A stretch of DNA of 64,000 bases, from positions 608,001 through 672,000 of the forward strand of contig CBDAOC010000020.1 of NCBI GenBank assembly GCA_965197925.1. The letters run 5' to 3'. This DNA is from Nitrososphaerales archaeon. Lineage in GTDB: Archaea; Thermoproteota; Nitrososphaeria; Nitrososphaerales; UBA213. Below the pieces are notes generated by a model, which did no database searches, was not told the origin of the DNA, and saw only the letters and a program-made list of their open reading frames with translations. The translations under genes were made by a program, and so were the position numbers. Positions within the stretch are counted from its first letter, which is position 1, and every line of letters starts with the position of its first letter. Positions 43,131-57,236 of the stretch are shown one piece after another.

Positions 43131-43553
43131 TTGGGATTATCTACCTATGAAGATCTACTCAAGCGGCTACAGAACAAGATCGTAATCCGAGACAAGGTGG
43201 GTACATCAAGAATTGAACTACCCTCAACGGACATTATTTGGGTCGGCAACAAAACTATATTTCGAAACTTCATGGATTTTCCAAAAGTTATGCGAAGAGA
43301 ACCTGAAAAGATCCTACTGTATCTTGCTAAAGAGTTCGGTTCTGCGGCCTACATTGGAGGTGGAAAGGGCATATTTGTGGGCAAGAAAGAACCATCTCAG
43401 TTTCTGTCATTATTTGAGCGTTATATGAAGGAATACGTTAAATGTCCTGTATGTACTAGCCTTGATACTAAGATAGAACGAGTAAAGAGACTGAGTTTTA
43501 TTAAATGTGAAGCATGTGGTGCAAAGTCATCTTTGAAGGGAATTTTTGCTTGA
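43131..43553 (+). CDS. eif2b: Translation initiation factor aIF2 subunit beta
   Basis: YEDLLKR, GNKTIFRNF, YVKCPVC...DT...CEACGA. Confidence 0.92.
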   Translation: MGLSTYEDLLKRLQNKIVIRDKVGTSRIELPSTDIIWVGNKTIFRNFMDFPKVMRREPEKILLYLAKEFGSAAYIGGGKGIFVGKKEPSQFLSLFERYMKEYVKCPVCTSLDTKIERVKRLSFIKCEACGAKSSLKGIFA

Positions 43554-43558
43554 GTAAT

Positions 43559-43864
43559 ATGTTTTCAGTGAACAAAATAACTTACCAAGGTTCTACGATG
43601 GTTAACATGTGTGATCAGGAATTGGTTGGCACGAAGGTAAGTGAAGGTAAACTTGAGATCAAGATCACTAAGGAATATTTTGGGCAAAATTTGGTAAATG
43701 AAGATGAAGCTACACAGCTCCTTAATTCCTGCTTTGTTGCGAACTTGGTGGGTAGAAGGATAGTTAATAAAGCCTTGAGAATGAAAATTGCTTCTGACCT
43801 AAGTGTACGAACTATTTCTGAGATCCCATTTCTAATGATATTTAGATTTCAACATGGTTGCTAA
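43559..43864 (+). CDS. DUF424 family protein
   Basis: MCDQELVG, EYFG, ANLVG..IV; directly follows aIF2-beta. Confidence 0.85.
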   Translation: MFSVNKITYQGSTMVNMCDQELVGTKVSEGKLEIKITKEYFGQNLVNEDEATQLLNSCFVANLVGRRIVNKALRMKIASDLSVRTISEIPFLMIFRFQHGC

Positions 43865-44048
43865 ACTTTAGTATTTTTATCAAATTTCAGGAATTCTAAT
43901 AATTGATTCATGTTCAAAATTATGCAATGAACACATTAAGAGTAATAAAACAAGATATTTTAGGAAAATTCCTGTTATCTAGATAAGAACTGGGCATAAT
44001 AAAAAGTAAATTGAACAAATAATAGTCAATTGAAAAGATAGCAATTAA

Positions 44049-44421
44049 GAGCTTATCCGAAAATTAACATCACGGCCTGATTGTTTATACCGAAACAGAT
44101 CTAGATCTGTCCTCTCTAGCTAAATTTGTGAGAAAATCAAAGAAAAAGAGCATGCCGACCATATGGCATATACCAAATGATCTATGGGTAGAGTTCAAAC
44201 TAGTGTTGCCACCAGGGAAACCAGCAAGAACAGTTGGAAGGCCAGCTGTGCCATTTAGAAAAGTGTTGAATGGAATACTGTATGTTTTAAGAACTGGATG
44301 TCAGTGGAAGAAGGTATCTAAAGAATTTGGTTCTGGCTCAACTTGCCATGCAAGATTTCAGGAATGGATTGGGATAGGAGTATTCAAGAAGGTATGGAAG
44401 AGGCTGCTGGAAATATATGAT
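44049..44421 (+). mobile_element. Truncated group B IS (5' part), cut by a group A IS
   Basis: TIR gagcttatccgaaaatt; transposase N-terminus stops at LLEIYD. Confidence 0.85.
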
Positions 44422-45295
44422 CAACTCATCTCAAAACCCTACAATACATCAAAAATGATGCAAGATTAACAAATGCCAGATAGTTTTCTGCCGTTCTTTC
44501 ATACCTGGTTCTTGTTCTGTGAAATCCATTCTTGAGCCATGCAAGGAATCTCTCAACTACAAATCTTGTCTTGTTGTAATGTTTGCAATCATTATTTTGC
44601 AAGATGAACTTGGAATTTATTTTGTATGGGATGCAACATGCAATATTTCTATCCCACAAATACATTCTGATGTATTTTGCATCATTTTGTCTGCATAAAC
44701 TGATTCTATCTGTTGTATTGAATCATCATCAAGATAGTCTGAAATTGATCCTGTAACATCCATGCATTTTGTACTGTCATGTTCATTTGCTGGACTCAAC
44801 AGTATGGATATTGGAAATCCGTTACTCTCTACTGCGGCATGTATTTTTGTACCTGTTATTCTCTTGAATCCATTATATCCAGTTACATTGCCCCTTTTTT
44901 ATCAGGAATGGATGAAGAGTCAACTGATATTTTTTGCAGATTAATTTTGCCAGATTTATGTGCTGAGTGAATAGTACGTGATAGAATCTTTTTCCAGATT
45001 CCTTTTTGTTGCCATTTGTTTAACCTTCTGTTTGCAGTAGAATCATCACCATATCTTTTTGGCATATCGTCCCATCGGCATCCAGTAGTTAGAACATGGA
45101 TTATTCCGTTAATGATTTTTCTATCATCATCTCTAGGCCTGCCAGTTTTTGCATGTGGTGGTATGTGTGATTCCATCATACTCCACTGTTTGTCTGATAA
45201 TTCTTGGAATTTCATAAAATAATTTTAGATGTCGCTATTCATAGATCTAAATGGTCGCTAAAAATTGTCTAAATGGTTAGTTTTGAGATGAGTTG
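44422..45295 (-). mobile_element. IS5-family element, group A copy 3
   Basis: 16-bp TIRs; 874 bp; flanks GAT and CAT do not match. Confidence 0.9.
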
Positions 45296-45645
45296 CATGT
45301 CTTATTATCAATTTAATATGCCTCAAATACATATCGTCGATTTTCAATTATAGAAATCATAGGTAGGTAGGGTAATAGGGTAAAGAGACTCAATCCTTCA
45401 GCGCTCCTCTTTCTACAAAGGATGGGTTTGGTAGAAAGCATATGAGTAATATCAATTATCAATGCTAGGAATAAAATACACATGGATGATGTTATTAAGT
45501 AAGAATTACAGAGATTACTACCATTTAACAGATGAGGATGAAGGTCATTAGAAAAAAATTATTGATTATATTTTATTAACAAAAAAATATTATTCTCCCA
45601 TTTAGAAATTAGACCGGTAATCATTCGAGTTGTAGTTATTAATTA

Positions 45646-47949
<2,304 letters not shown>

Positions 47950-48299
47950 TTAGTTTAAATTCAGTTATGTCAATACCGATGGCAATACCAGAACCAAGAT
48001 TTCACTGCAAAATAATAGGGGGATTAATTGCGAACATTTACATCATCCTTTTCTCTTCTCTTTCATTTTCCTATTTTTATCTAAAAGTTTATGGTATTTG
48101 TTCTACTTATCCTTAGATAGTGGTATGCGGTCCAGAGAGACAAAAAGATTGGGACATTAAAATACCACCATCTGATTCTTGTGCTTTTGATATGTTTAAC
48201 TATTCTACAATTAATAGAAATCATGCTCTTCTAACTTCAATTTTGTGATACTTGGATTATTACGATATTAGAAATTGTAGAACTGCATATTATATCTAA

Positions 48300-49342
48300 G
48301 AGCTTATCCGAAAATTAACATCATAGCCTAATTGTTTATACCGAAACAGATCTAGATCTGTCCTCTCTAGCTAAATTTGTGAGAAAATCAAAGAAAAAGA
48401 GCATGCCGACCATATGGCATATACCAGACAATCTATGGGAAGAGTTCAAACTAGTGTTGCCACCAGAGAAACCAGCAAGAACAGTTGGAAGGCCAGCTGT
48501 GCCATTTAGAAAAGTGTTGAATGGAATACTGTACGTATTAAGAACTGGATGCCAGTGGAAGAAGGTATCTAAAGAATTTGGTTCTGGCTCAACTTGCCAT
48601 GCAAGATTTCAGGAATGGATTGGGATAGGAGTATTCGAGAAGGTATGGAAGAGGCTGCTGGAAATATATGATGAATTGAAGGGTATAGGATGGGACTGGC
48701 AATCCATGGATAGCGTTACTGAAGGCCCCATTAGGGGGAAAACGGCCGGAGCAAACCCAACGGATAGAGGCAAGCTAGGTACCAAACGTCACATGCTGGT
48801 TGATAGAAGAGGTATTCCTCTCTCATCTGTAATTACTGGAGCAAACAAGCACGATATGAAATCAGCCTTTCCTACAATAGATAGCATTGTTGTTGATAGG
48901 CCCAAAGTTAAACAGAACATATGCATGAATAGGATACGATTTCCCTGAGATAGAGTATGGAGTTAGGAAGGGGATATGTGGATCACATTCGTCATAAGGG
49001 TGAAGTGTTGAAAAAGAATTTGTGTAAAGCAAAGAGATGGGTTGTAGAAAGAACCGCATCTTGGCATAACAGGTTCAGAAAGTTATTGGTAAGGTTCGAG
49101 AAGAGAGAGGAAAATTATCAGGCGCTAGTAGAATTTGCTAACTGCCTAATAGTGTATAGAGCGATATATTGGTAGTGTCATAAACACGTTAATGCAACTG
49201 TTTCTAGTATCTATTATCTACAATACTAATAAAATCAATAGTAAGAAAACTAAACCTGACAGTATGAACTAATATTCTTACATTCTAAATGATATCATTT
49301 CTACCAATCATTAACTATCAGCTAGAATTTTAGGATAGGCTC
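48300..49342 (+). mobile_element. IS5-family element, group B copy 5
   Basis: Both TIRs present; transposase broken at the DKGYD-equivalent site. Confidence 0.9.
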
Positions 49343-49448
49343 TTAATGGTTTGTGCCATTACGTTCCCTTTAACATCGTATTTCCAGATAATAACCAAGT
49401 CTAGTTTGTGGGGATGAATTTAATATAACCAGGATACTATGAAATTTT

Positions 49449-49868
49449 ATGGGATACCGTTTCCTGGATCATATGACGGACGCATACATAGAAGCCTATG
49501 GAAGTACAATAGAAGAAGCATTTGAATTTGCAGCAAAGGCATTGGTCGATACAATGATAATTGTAGGTAATGTTGATGCAGTAAATGAAGAAAGTCTGAG
49601 TATAAACGGACATGACTTGGAGAGTCTCCTTTACAACTGGTTAGATTTAGTAATGCTAAAATTGCTTGTTGACAATCTCGCACTATCCCATTTTAAGGTC
49701 TCCATTTCAGAACTTAATAACACCTATGAGCTGAAAGCCGTTGCGACAGGCGAGCCATTGGACCTTGAGAAACATAAATACAAAGTGGAAATTAAGGGTG
49801 TTACGTATCATTTGATGGAGATAGAACATAATGGGATGGTAAAGTTAAGATTCTTGCTGGATCTCTGA
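49449..49868 (+). CDS. Archease
   Basis: YRFLDHMTD, EIKGVTYH, C-terminal LDL. Confidence 0.93.
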   Translation: MGYRFLDHMTDAYIEAYGSTIEEAFEFAAKALVDTMIIVGNVDAVNEESLSINGHDLESLLYNWLDLVMLKLLVDNLALSHFKVSISELNNTYELKAVATGEPLDLEKHKYKVEIKGVTYHLMEIEHNGMVKLRFLLDL

Positions 49869-49904
49869 AAATCTTTAATACCCAATTCGATTCTAATATT
49901 GATC

Positions 49905-50285
49905 ATGAATGATCCGGAGGTGGAGGGGATTATGAAGAAAAAAATGGAGCAGATGAAAAAATCTACAGAAACACTGGAAGAATTGAATGAGAAGAACTTT
50001 GATATTCTTATAGCTGGTGATAAACCATTACTTGTAGACTTTTGGGCAACTTGGTGCGGTCCGTGTCAGTTCATGCTTCCCATATTTGACAAGCTCTCAA
50101 AGAGGTATGCAGATAAAGTAACATTTGCTAGGCTGAATGTTGATAATAATCAGAGTGTTGCTTCACGTTATGATGTTTATGCCATTCCTACCTTCATATT
50201 ATTCCAAAATGGTAGGGCATTGGATAGGGCTGTTGGTGCGGTAGGAGAGCCTGGCCTAGAAAACTTGATAAAGAAACACGCCTAA
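49905..50285 (+). CDS. trxA: Thioredoxin
   Basis: VDFWATWCGPC and IPT. Confidence 0.95.
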   Translation: MNDPEVEGIMKKKMEQMKKSTETLEELNEKNFDILIAGDKPLLVDFWATWCGPCQFMLPIFDKLSKRYADKVTFARLNVDNNQSVASRYDVYAIPTFILFQNGRALDRAVGAVGEPGLENLIKKHA

Positions 50286-50288
50286 TTA

Positions 50289-52067
50289 TTAATATCCATA
50301 TAATGGATTTACTTTTCGTTTCATTTCAATTATTTGTTCCAGTGTTTGTATTTCACTCTCATTTAATCTGTACTTGAGTTTGTTCACAAGCAGCTTGACA
50401 TGCTCATTCGGAAGAACTGAATATAGTACGTCCCCCTCGTTGATCTGCCTGCCAACAACGGGTTCATTCATAGAAACAGCTACCTGCATGTCTGTTTTTG
50501 CTTCATTAACATTCTTCCCCTTGTCTTGTATTTGATGCACTGTACCAATCTCCTTACCATTTTTGTTCATTATGATACTCTTTTGTTTCAGTCTACCAGA
50601 TTTTATCTCCACTCCAAAAATTGCTGGATTGTTCTTCCTGAAAACGAAGCCTTTAAGAAATACAAACTTACACGGCGTTACCAGTTCATTGAACAGCGTA
50701 ACATCCTCTCTTTCCTTTTCAAAAGATACCCAATCTGTATAAGCATTAACCAAATTATAGATTACCTTTTCGCTGAATACCTTCACCGATCGATGTGTTG
50801 CTTCCGTTTCTGCATCTTCAAAAACTCTAACGTTAAAAGCCAGGATCACCCCAAGGTAGCGATCCTTTTCTTTAACCGCACTTGCTTCTACAACATCTCT
50901 CCTTGTTACCGAGCTAAGGTCCGCAATTCTTATCGGTACACCTTCTTTCTTTAGCATTTGCGTTATTGCCTCAAGGGAGCCAAGAGTGTCACATTTTACT
51001 ACAATACCAGTTTTGTCTGTCTTGATAACTATGCTTTTGATCTCAGACTCTATCATGCTCTTCTTATCTTCAATGTCACTTTCATTATGTGCGATATACA
51101 AAGGACTGCCTGCCAGCACCCCATCAAGATCTCCTGATGCAATCTTCACACCTGCTGCTGCTGAAACTTCCTCTACCTTCACAAATTTGTCCCGCGGGTC
51201 CCTCATCTCATCTAGAGGTTTTGGAAGAAGTAACACCTTTGCCTTGGTAGCTATAATGTCATCACGTTTTGCTACCACAATGGTATTTCCTTGCTTGAGC
51301 TTACCATCCAATAGTATAATATTCGCTGTAGGCCCAAGGCCGACCTCTTCCTTTACTTCCAACACTATGCCACGTGCAGAGTCCCCCTTTACCTCCAGTT
51401 TGGTTTGCATGAATCTCTGTGTAAGGCCTAATAGCATTGCAAGCAGTTCTGGTATACCTTCTCCAGTCTTTGAGCTGACTGGGACTAGAACTATCTCCTT
51501 CGTAAAGTCCTTAACACGGTAGAATGCTTCGGAGTTGAAGCCGAGTCTCGATAACGCACCTACCACGGTGTACAATCGCAGATCCAAATCATCCACAACG
51601 GTGGATTGTTGTTTTTTTATAGATTGTGTCACAGACATCGAGTCACCCTTCCGCCAGCCAAGTATCATATCAACTTTGGTCAAAGCAACTATGAATGGCA
51701 CCTTTCTGTTCTTCAAAATTTCAATACTCTCATGTGTTTGTGCCTCCAAGCCCTTCATAACATCAACTGCCAAAATAGCGATGTCAGCAGCTGACCCGCC
51801 ACGAATTCGAAGGTTTGCAAACACTTCATGTCCAGGTGTATCAATAACAAGTAATCCGGGAATCTTGATGTCTATGTTTAATTGGTCAAAGATTACACCG
51901 CAAACTTGTTTTATGGTTTCAATGGGAAAGAAGCTCGCACCTATGTGCTGGGTGATACCTCCAGCCTCCCTTGCATGGACGGCTGTACCACGTATCTTGT
52001 CCAGTAGAGAAGTCTTGCCAGAATCAACATGACCTAAAATAGTCACAACAGGTTGCCTAAGATACAC
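50289..52067 (-). CDS. infB: Translation initiation factor aIF5B (IF-2)
   Basis: GHVDSGKT, EAGGITQHIGA, DTPGHE, DTLGSLEA. Confidence 0.97.
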   Translation of the reverse strand: MYLRQPVVTILGHVDSGKTSLLDKIRGTAVHAREAGGITQHIGASFFPIETIKQVCGVIFDQLNIDIKIPGLLVIDTPGHEVFANLRIRGGSAADIAILAVDVMKGLEAQTHESIEILKNRKVPFIVALTKVDMILGWRKGDSMSVTQSIKKQQSTVVDDLDLRLYTVVGALSRLGFNSEAFYRVKDFTKEIVLVPVSSKTGEGIPELLAMLLGLTQRFMQTKLEVKGDSARGIVLEVKEEVGLGPTANIILLDGKLKQGNTIVVAKRDDIIATKAKVLLLPKPLDEMRDPRDKFVKVEEVSAAAGVKIASGDLDGVLAGSPLYIAHNESDIEDKKSMIESEIKSIVIKTDKTGIVVKCDTLGSLEAITQMLKKEGVPIRIADLSSVTRRDVVEASAVKEKDRYLGVILAFNVRVFEDAETEATHRSVKVFSEKVIYNLVNAYTDWVSFEKEREDVTLFNELVTPCKFVFLKGFVFRKNNPAIFGVEIKSGRLKQKSIIMNKNGKEIGTVHQIQDKGKNVNEAKTDMQVAVSMNEPVVGRQINEGDVLYSVLPNEHVKLLVNKLKYRLNESEIQTLEQIIEMKRKVNPLYGY

Positions 52068-52074
52068 CTGAAAC

Positions 52075-52412
52075 CCACTTCAACCAACGATAACCAAACC
52101 TCTTTTATGAAGCTTTCATGAGAATCTGATCCAGGTATGACCTTTTGCGTCATTCATCTTTGATATCATAGCTAATTATCCGAGGGTGATTCTTTCACTT
52201 CTATAATGTATCTAAGACTTCACTATTGACCTTATGTAATTAATTAAAAGAGTTCGTGAAGGAATGTTGTATATTGTAAACTCAAATTTCAATCCTCATT
52301 ATTATATGTAATATCTTAAATTCTCCATTAAAAATGATCTTTGTTAGATCTTCGAACATTAAACGATTCAAAACTCTTGATGGATTAGGGTTCAAAAAAG
52401 GCGGTTGTTCTA
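52075..52412 (-). pseudogene. ndk: Highly eroded nucleoside diphosphate kinase remnant
   Basis: Lies between rpl24e and infB; residual GEFKIL, FLHELF*LIT*G and KVIPGSDSHESF (canonical N.IH.SDS.ES). Confidence 0.65.
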
Positions 52413-52619
52413 TTATCTCTTTCGCGTTTTAATTCCACCCTTTACATATTTTTTGCTCCATTTGAACTTCCTTGGATCTCTTTTAAGCTTCAACGTGTTC
52501 TTCCTACATTTATTGGAGCAAAAGTAAAGCATGCTACCATCGTTTTTAACAAGCATGGTCCCCGTTCCGACCCTTCGTTGACGGTCACAAAAACTGCAGT
52601 TCTTAGTTGTTATGCTCAA
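52413..52619 (-). CDS. rpl24e: Ribosomal protein L24e
   Basis: CSFC, GTG, FCSNKC, PRKFKW. Confidence 0.95.
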   Translation of the reverse strand: MSITTKNCSFCDRQRRVGTGTMLVKNDGSMLYFCSNKCRKNTLKLKRDPRKFKWSKKYVKGGIKTRKR

Positions 52620-52625
52620 AGATCA

Positions 52626-52838
52626 TCACTTGATCTTCCTTGCTTCTCGCTCTGTTTCTCTTAGCATCAACACATCGTTCATTCTAACCGAGCCTTTTAC
52701 ATTACGCGTCAAAATCCTTCCCTTGTCTTTACCATCCAATACTCTAACCCTAACCTGTATAACTTCGCCAGCAATTCCAGTTCTACCAACAATCTGAATT
52801 ACTTCAGCAGCTACTACCTTCTCTACAGTCTTGCTCAT
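52626..52838 (-). CDS. rps28e: Ribosomal protein S28e
   Basis: [18 protein letters not shown]. Confidence 0.97.
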   Translation of the reverse strand: MSKTVEKVVAAEVIQIVGRTGIAGEVIQVRVRVLDGKDKGRILTRNVKGSVRMNDVLMLRETEREARKIK

Positions 52839-52844
52839 CGTAGA

Positions 52845-53222
52845 CTACACCTTGGCCCTGTACCTTGCAACCGCATTTATTATCTGTTCAAGAACGTTCT
52901 GACCCTCTCCTGCGTCTATTATGCAGGCAGCAGCAGAATTCACATCTATGCCCATTGCTTGGCCAAGTTGTAATTTACTTGGAACATAGGCGTAAGCAGA
53001 ATTGCGTTCTTCGCATAGTATTGGTAAATGAGCTACCACTTCAGGTGGTTCTACATCTTCAGCGATAACCACAAGCTTGCTTGTGCCTCGCTCAATGGCC
53101 TTTGTAGTCTCGTTTGTCCCCCTCCTTACCTTTCCACTTTGCTTTGCTACCCTAACCGCTTCATAAATCGCGTTTACCAGCTCCTTTGGAGTCTCAAATT
53201 TTACGTAATAAGGCTTACTCAT
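52845..53222 (-). CDS. rpl7ae: Ribosomal protein L7Ae
   Basis: GTNETTKAIERG, IAEDVEPPEVVAHLP. Confidence 0.97.
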   Translation of the reverse strand: MSKPYYVKFETPKELVNAIYEAVRVAKQSGKVRRGTNETTKAIERGTSKLVVIAEDVEPPEVVAHLPILCEERNSAYAYVPSKLQLGQAMGIDVNSAAACIIDAGEGQNVLEQIINAVARYRAKV

Positions 53223-53413
53223 TCTCTATCACCCGCAATGAATTTGGGATCATATTTTATCGCATAGACTTAAAGTAATAGACGTTTTAAAAGTGTTATC
53301 AACCCCAGGATTCTTTCTTTTGTCCATATTATTCCGTTTGATCCCGATCAACATATGAAAAAATATGATCATCCTCATGTGCGCTTTTCAAGAATTCTTC
53401 CGTAAGCTGGAGT

Positions 53414-54766
53414 TCAGGAATTATCCATAATCTTCCGTATTTCAGCATTGTAGTTTTCAACAATTTCACCTAGTAATTTACGATCACCGGATTCAGCATA
53501 GAATCTCATTACTGGTTCGGTACCGCTTTGCCTCACCATCATCCATGAAGATTCATCGATCCAAATCTTGACCCCGTCTACAGTCTCCACTTTACCCCTT
53601 GCGTTCGTGATAAAGTATTCAACAACTTTAACCGATTGCTCTCTTGTGCACTTGAACTTTGTTTTATACTGATGAAATTTTTGTAAATCATCAATTATTT
53701 TAGATAACCGCTTTGCCTTGCTTGCAAGTAATTCTATCATTAATGAGGTTGTCATCGCCCCATCCCTAACGGGTAAATGTTTACCATACATAAAGCCGCC
53801 ATTCTCTTCAAATCCAATTAATGCATCTTTATTCAACATTTCCCTTGACACTTCGACACTTCCAACCTTGGTTCTAATTACTGTAGAATTATACCTGCTT
53901 GCCATAATATCTATAAGAGATGAAGAATTTATTGGGGTTACAACCTTCTCATTCAAATTCTTGGATAAAAGATATTCCGTGAGTATGGCACCAGATTTGT
54001 TTCCACCAAACACATTTCCTTTTTCATCGCAAAAGACACTTCTATCGCCATCACCATCAAATGCAACACCTAGATCAGCAGAATTTTGTTGAATAGTTTT
54101 TGAGAGCTGACTTAGATTATCTGGAGTTGGTTCGGAACCCCTGGCTGGAAACAAGCCATCTATTGTAGAATTTATGGTAATAACTTTGCATCCTAAATCT
54201 TCCATAAGTTTAGGTGCAGTAACTGCTTGTGCACCGTTTCCAATATCCAATACAACAGTCAGTTTTCTTGACCTTATCAAATCAACATCTAACTTTGATT
54301 TTATTCCAGCAAGGTAAGAGTGAACGGCTCTTTGTTCATCAATGTCACTACCGATGTGATCCAAATTAATGAAATTATTGTTGAAGTAGATATCTTCTAC
54401 CTTGAGCTCATCTTCCCTTGGCAATTCTACACCATCACAAGCCATGACCTTGATCCCGTTGTATTCAGGAGGATTGTGCGATGCTGTGATCATTGCGCCT
54501 CCTTTGTAACCAAGAGTTTTTACACAAAATTGCAGACACGGAGTAGGTATAAGGCCAGCGTTCGCAACATCGACACCCAAAGCATTCATACCTGCTCTTA
54601 CAATTTTGGATATTATAGTACTTGAATGCCTACCATCATAACCTACAAGGATGGGTTTATCATGAAAAAATGTAGCAAGTGCATAGGAAAATCTGAGTGC
54701 CAGATCAAGTGTTAAATCCATTCCAAATATTCCGCGTATGCCATTGGTTCCAAATAATCTGCCCAC
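53414..54766 (-). CDS. Phosphohexomutase (GlmM / PMM-PGM family)
   Basis: LFGTNGIRG, TASHNP, DGDGDR, RQSGTEP. Confidence 0.92.
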   Translation of the reverse strand: MGRLFGTNGIRGIFGMDLTLDLALRFSYALATFFHDKPILVGYDGRHSSTIISKIVRAGMNALGVDVANAGLIPTPCLQFCVKTLGYKGGAMITASHNPPEYNGIKVMACDGVELPREDELKVEDIYFNNNFINLDHIGSDIDEQRAVHSYLAGIKSKLDVDLIRSRKLTVVLDIGNGAQAVTAPKLMEDLGCKVITINSTIDGLFPARGSEPTPDNLSQLSKTIQQNSADLGVAFDGDGDRSVFCDEKGNVFGGNKSGAILTEYLLSKNLNEKVVTPINSSSLIDIMASRYNSTVIRTKVGSVEVSREMLNKDALIGFEENGGFMYGKHLPVRDGAMTTSLMIELLASKAKRLSKIIDDLQKFHQYKTKFKCTREQSVKVVEYFITNARGKVETVDGVKIWIDESSWMMVRQSGTEPVMRFYAESGDRKLLGEIVENYNAEIRKIMDNS

Positions 54767-54884
54767 AGAATCATTGTATCTTATGCTAAATAAAATTCTT
54801 GGTAAATATTCAACAGATTTACAATAACGAAAATAGACATATGAGAAGGAAACTGTTTTATTATGAAGAGTTTGAATTTCCTAC

Positions 54885-55643
54885 ATGTCGTTAAGACATA
54901 AAATTGCTATAGTTACAGGGGCGAGCGGTGGTATAGGTGAGGCCACGGCAAAGCTTTTTGCCAAAGAAGGAGCTAGTGTCGCCCTTGTAGCCAGGAATTT
55001 AAAAAATCTAAACAGAATAGTTTCAGAATTGAAAAAAAAAGGCAAAAAGGTTGCAGCCGTACAAGGTGATATATCGGATGAAAATGAGGTACAGAATATT
55101 GTTGAACAGACCATTCGCCACTTCGGCAGAATAGATGTTCTGATAAATAACGCGGGCGTGATTAATGATCCCGTCCCCTTTCATACAATGTCAGACAAGG
55201 TAATCCACGAACTGGTTGATACCAACATGATAGGCACTTTTAGGATGACGAGAGCAGTGCTTCCAACAATGCTTGAACAAAAGAATGGAGTTATTGTTAA
55301 CATTGCTTCGGTAGCGGGCATAAAGGGTGTAGAGAAGGTTCCTTTGGCGGTATACAACGCCTCCAAAGCCGGAGTTATAATGTTCACAAAAAGTATAGCA
55401 TTGGAATATGGGCGGTATAATGTGAGGGCTAATTGTGTGTGTCCTGGTACGGTTAAAGGTCCCTTCCTCCAACCATACTTAGATGATGACAAAGCAAGGC
55501 AGGTACTCAATTCAATGCAGCCTTTAGGAAGAATAGGAGAGCCAGAAGATGTTGCGCAAGCTATACTTTACCTCACTTCAGAAACATCTAGCTGGGTTAC
55601 TGGTTCGGTTCTTGTTGTCGATGGTGGAATAATGACGAAATAA
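54885..55643 (+). CDS. Short-chain dehydrogenase/reductase
   Basis: TGASGGIG, NNAG, YNASK. Confidence 0.93.
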   Translation: MSLRHKIAIVTGASGGIGEATAKLFAKEGASVALVARNLKNLNRIVSELKKKGKKVAAVQGDISDENEVQNIVEQTIRHFGRIDVLINNAGVINDPVPFHTMSDKVIHELVDTNMIGTFRMTRAVLPTMLEQKNGVIVNIASVAGIKGVEKVPLAVYNASKAGVIMFTKSIALEYGRYNVRANCVCPGTVKGPFLQPYLDDDKARQVLNSMQPLGRIGEPEDVAQAILYLTSETSSWVTGSVLVVDGGIMTK

Positions 55644-55920
55644 CCCCTATTTTATTTATACAGGTGGCAAGCAATAATCATGTTGGATATAAATTCCGTA
55701 GATACTTGATTATTGATTAGAACAATAATGTATTATACTCCTGAATTTTCTGAAATAAGGATCAAATCTATATTGCATCCAATGATGTAAAATTTAGATT
55801 TAACATATTTATCCGCCGACATATCTTTTCCTCTGATATCAAAATTACACTTACCTTATTATGCCAAATTCTATAACATCAATAGTAAGTATGGTAAGAA
55901 TGTTAGTACAATAAAGTTAT

Positions 55921-56794
55921 CAACTCATCTCAAAACTAACCATTTAGACAATTTTTAGCGACCATTTAGATCCATGAATAGCGACATCTAAAATTATTTT
56001 ATGAAATTCCAAGAATTATCAGACAAACAGTGGAGTATGATGGAATCACACATACCACCACATGCAAAAACTGGCAGGCCTAGAGATGATGATAGAAAAA
56101 TCATTAACGGAATAATCCATGTTCTAACTACTGGATGCCGATGGGACGATATGCCAAAAAGATATGGTGATGATTCTACTGCAAACAGAAGGTTAAACAA
56201 ATGGCAACAAAAAGGAATCTGGAAAAAGATTCTATCACGTACTATTCACTCAGCACATAAATCTGGCAAAATTAATCTGCAAAAAATATCAGTTGACTCT
56301 TCATCCATTCCTGATAAAAAAGGGGCAATGTAACTGGATATAATGGATTCAAGAGAATAACAGGTACAAAAATACATGCCGCAGTAGAGAGTAACGGATT
56401 TCCAATATCCATACTGTTGAGTCCAGCAAATGAACATGACAGTACAAAATGCATGGATGTTACAGGATCAATTTCAGACTATCTTGATGATGATTCAATA
56501 CAACAGATAGAATCAGTTTATGCAGACAAAATGATGCAAAATACATCAGAATGTATTTGTGGGATAGAAATATTGCATGTTGCATCCCATACAAAATAAA
56601 TCCCAAGTTCATCTTGCAAAATAATGATTGCAAACATTACAGCAAGACAAGATTTGTAGTTGAGAGATTCCTTGCATGGCTCAAGAATGGATTTCACAGA
56701 ACAAGAACCAGGTATGAAAGAACGGCAGAAAACTACCTGGCATTTGTTAATCCTGCATCATTTTTGATGTATTGTAGGGTTTTGAGATGAGTTG
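55921..56794 (+). mobile_element. IS5-family element, group A copy 4
   Basis: 16-bp TIRs; 874 bp; flanks TAT and ATG. Confidence 0.9.
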
Positions 56795-57235
56795 ATGATA
56801 AAGAAGATATTAGTACCAATAGATGCCTCGAATTTCTCCATCGGTGCTGCAAATTACGCTATAGATTTAGCCAAACCACATAATGCTACTATTTTTTTGA
56901 TTCATGTTGTGGAGATGCACCCTTACTATTCGCTTATAACTTATCCAACTACTGGAGCAGATAAAGCTCCTGAAAAAGATATTAAGCGAGTAATGAAAAA
57001 TTGGTTTACGAAGATTGAAGAATCCGCTAGGAAACAAAATGTCAATATAAAATATGATATCCTATTCCGTAGAGTTTCGGTTATAGGTTCGATACTGTCC
57101 TACGCTGAAGATAATAAGATCGATATCATCGTCATTGGTACCAGGGGACTCACTGGATTCAAAAGATTACTGGTTGGGAGTGTTGTGCGAGGAGTAATTG
57201 ATCATGCCCGCTGTCCTGTCTTACTCGTAAGATAG
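56795..57235 (+). CDS. Universal stress protein
   Basis: ILVPIDAS, IVIGTRG, LLVGSV, CPVLLVR. Confidence 0.92.
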   Translation: MIKKILVPIDASNFSIGAANYAIDLAKPHNATIFLIHVVEMHPYYSLITYPTTGADKAPEKDIKRVMKNWFTKIEESARKQNVNIKYDILFRRVSVIGSILSYAEDNKIDIIVIGTRGLTGFKRLLVGSVVRGVIDHARCPVLLVR

Positions 57236-57236
57236 T

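Noticed and set aside
53270..53410. Possible ncRNA upstream of rpl7ae
   Set aside because: No convincing C/D box pair or stable stem was found by eye.
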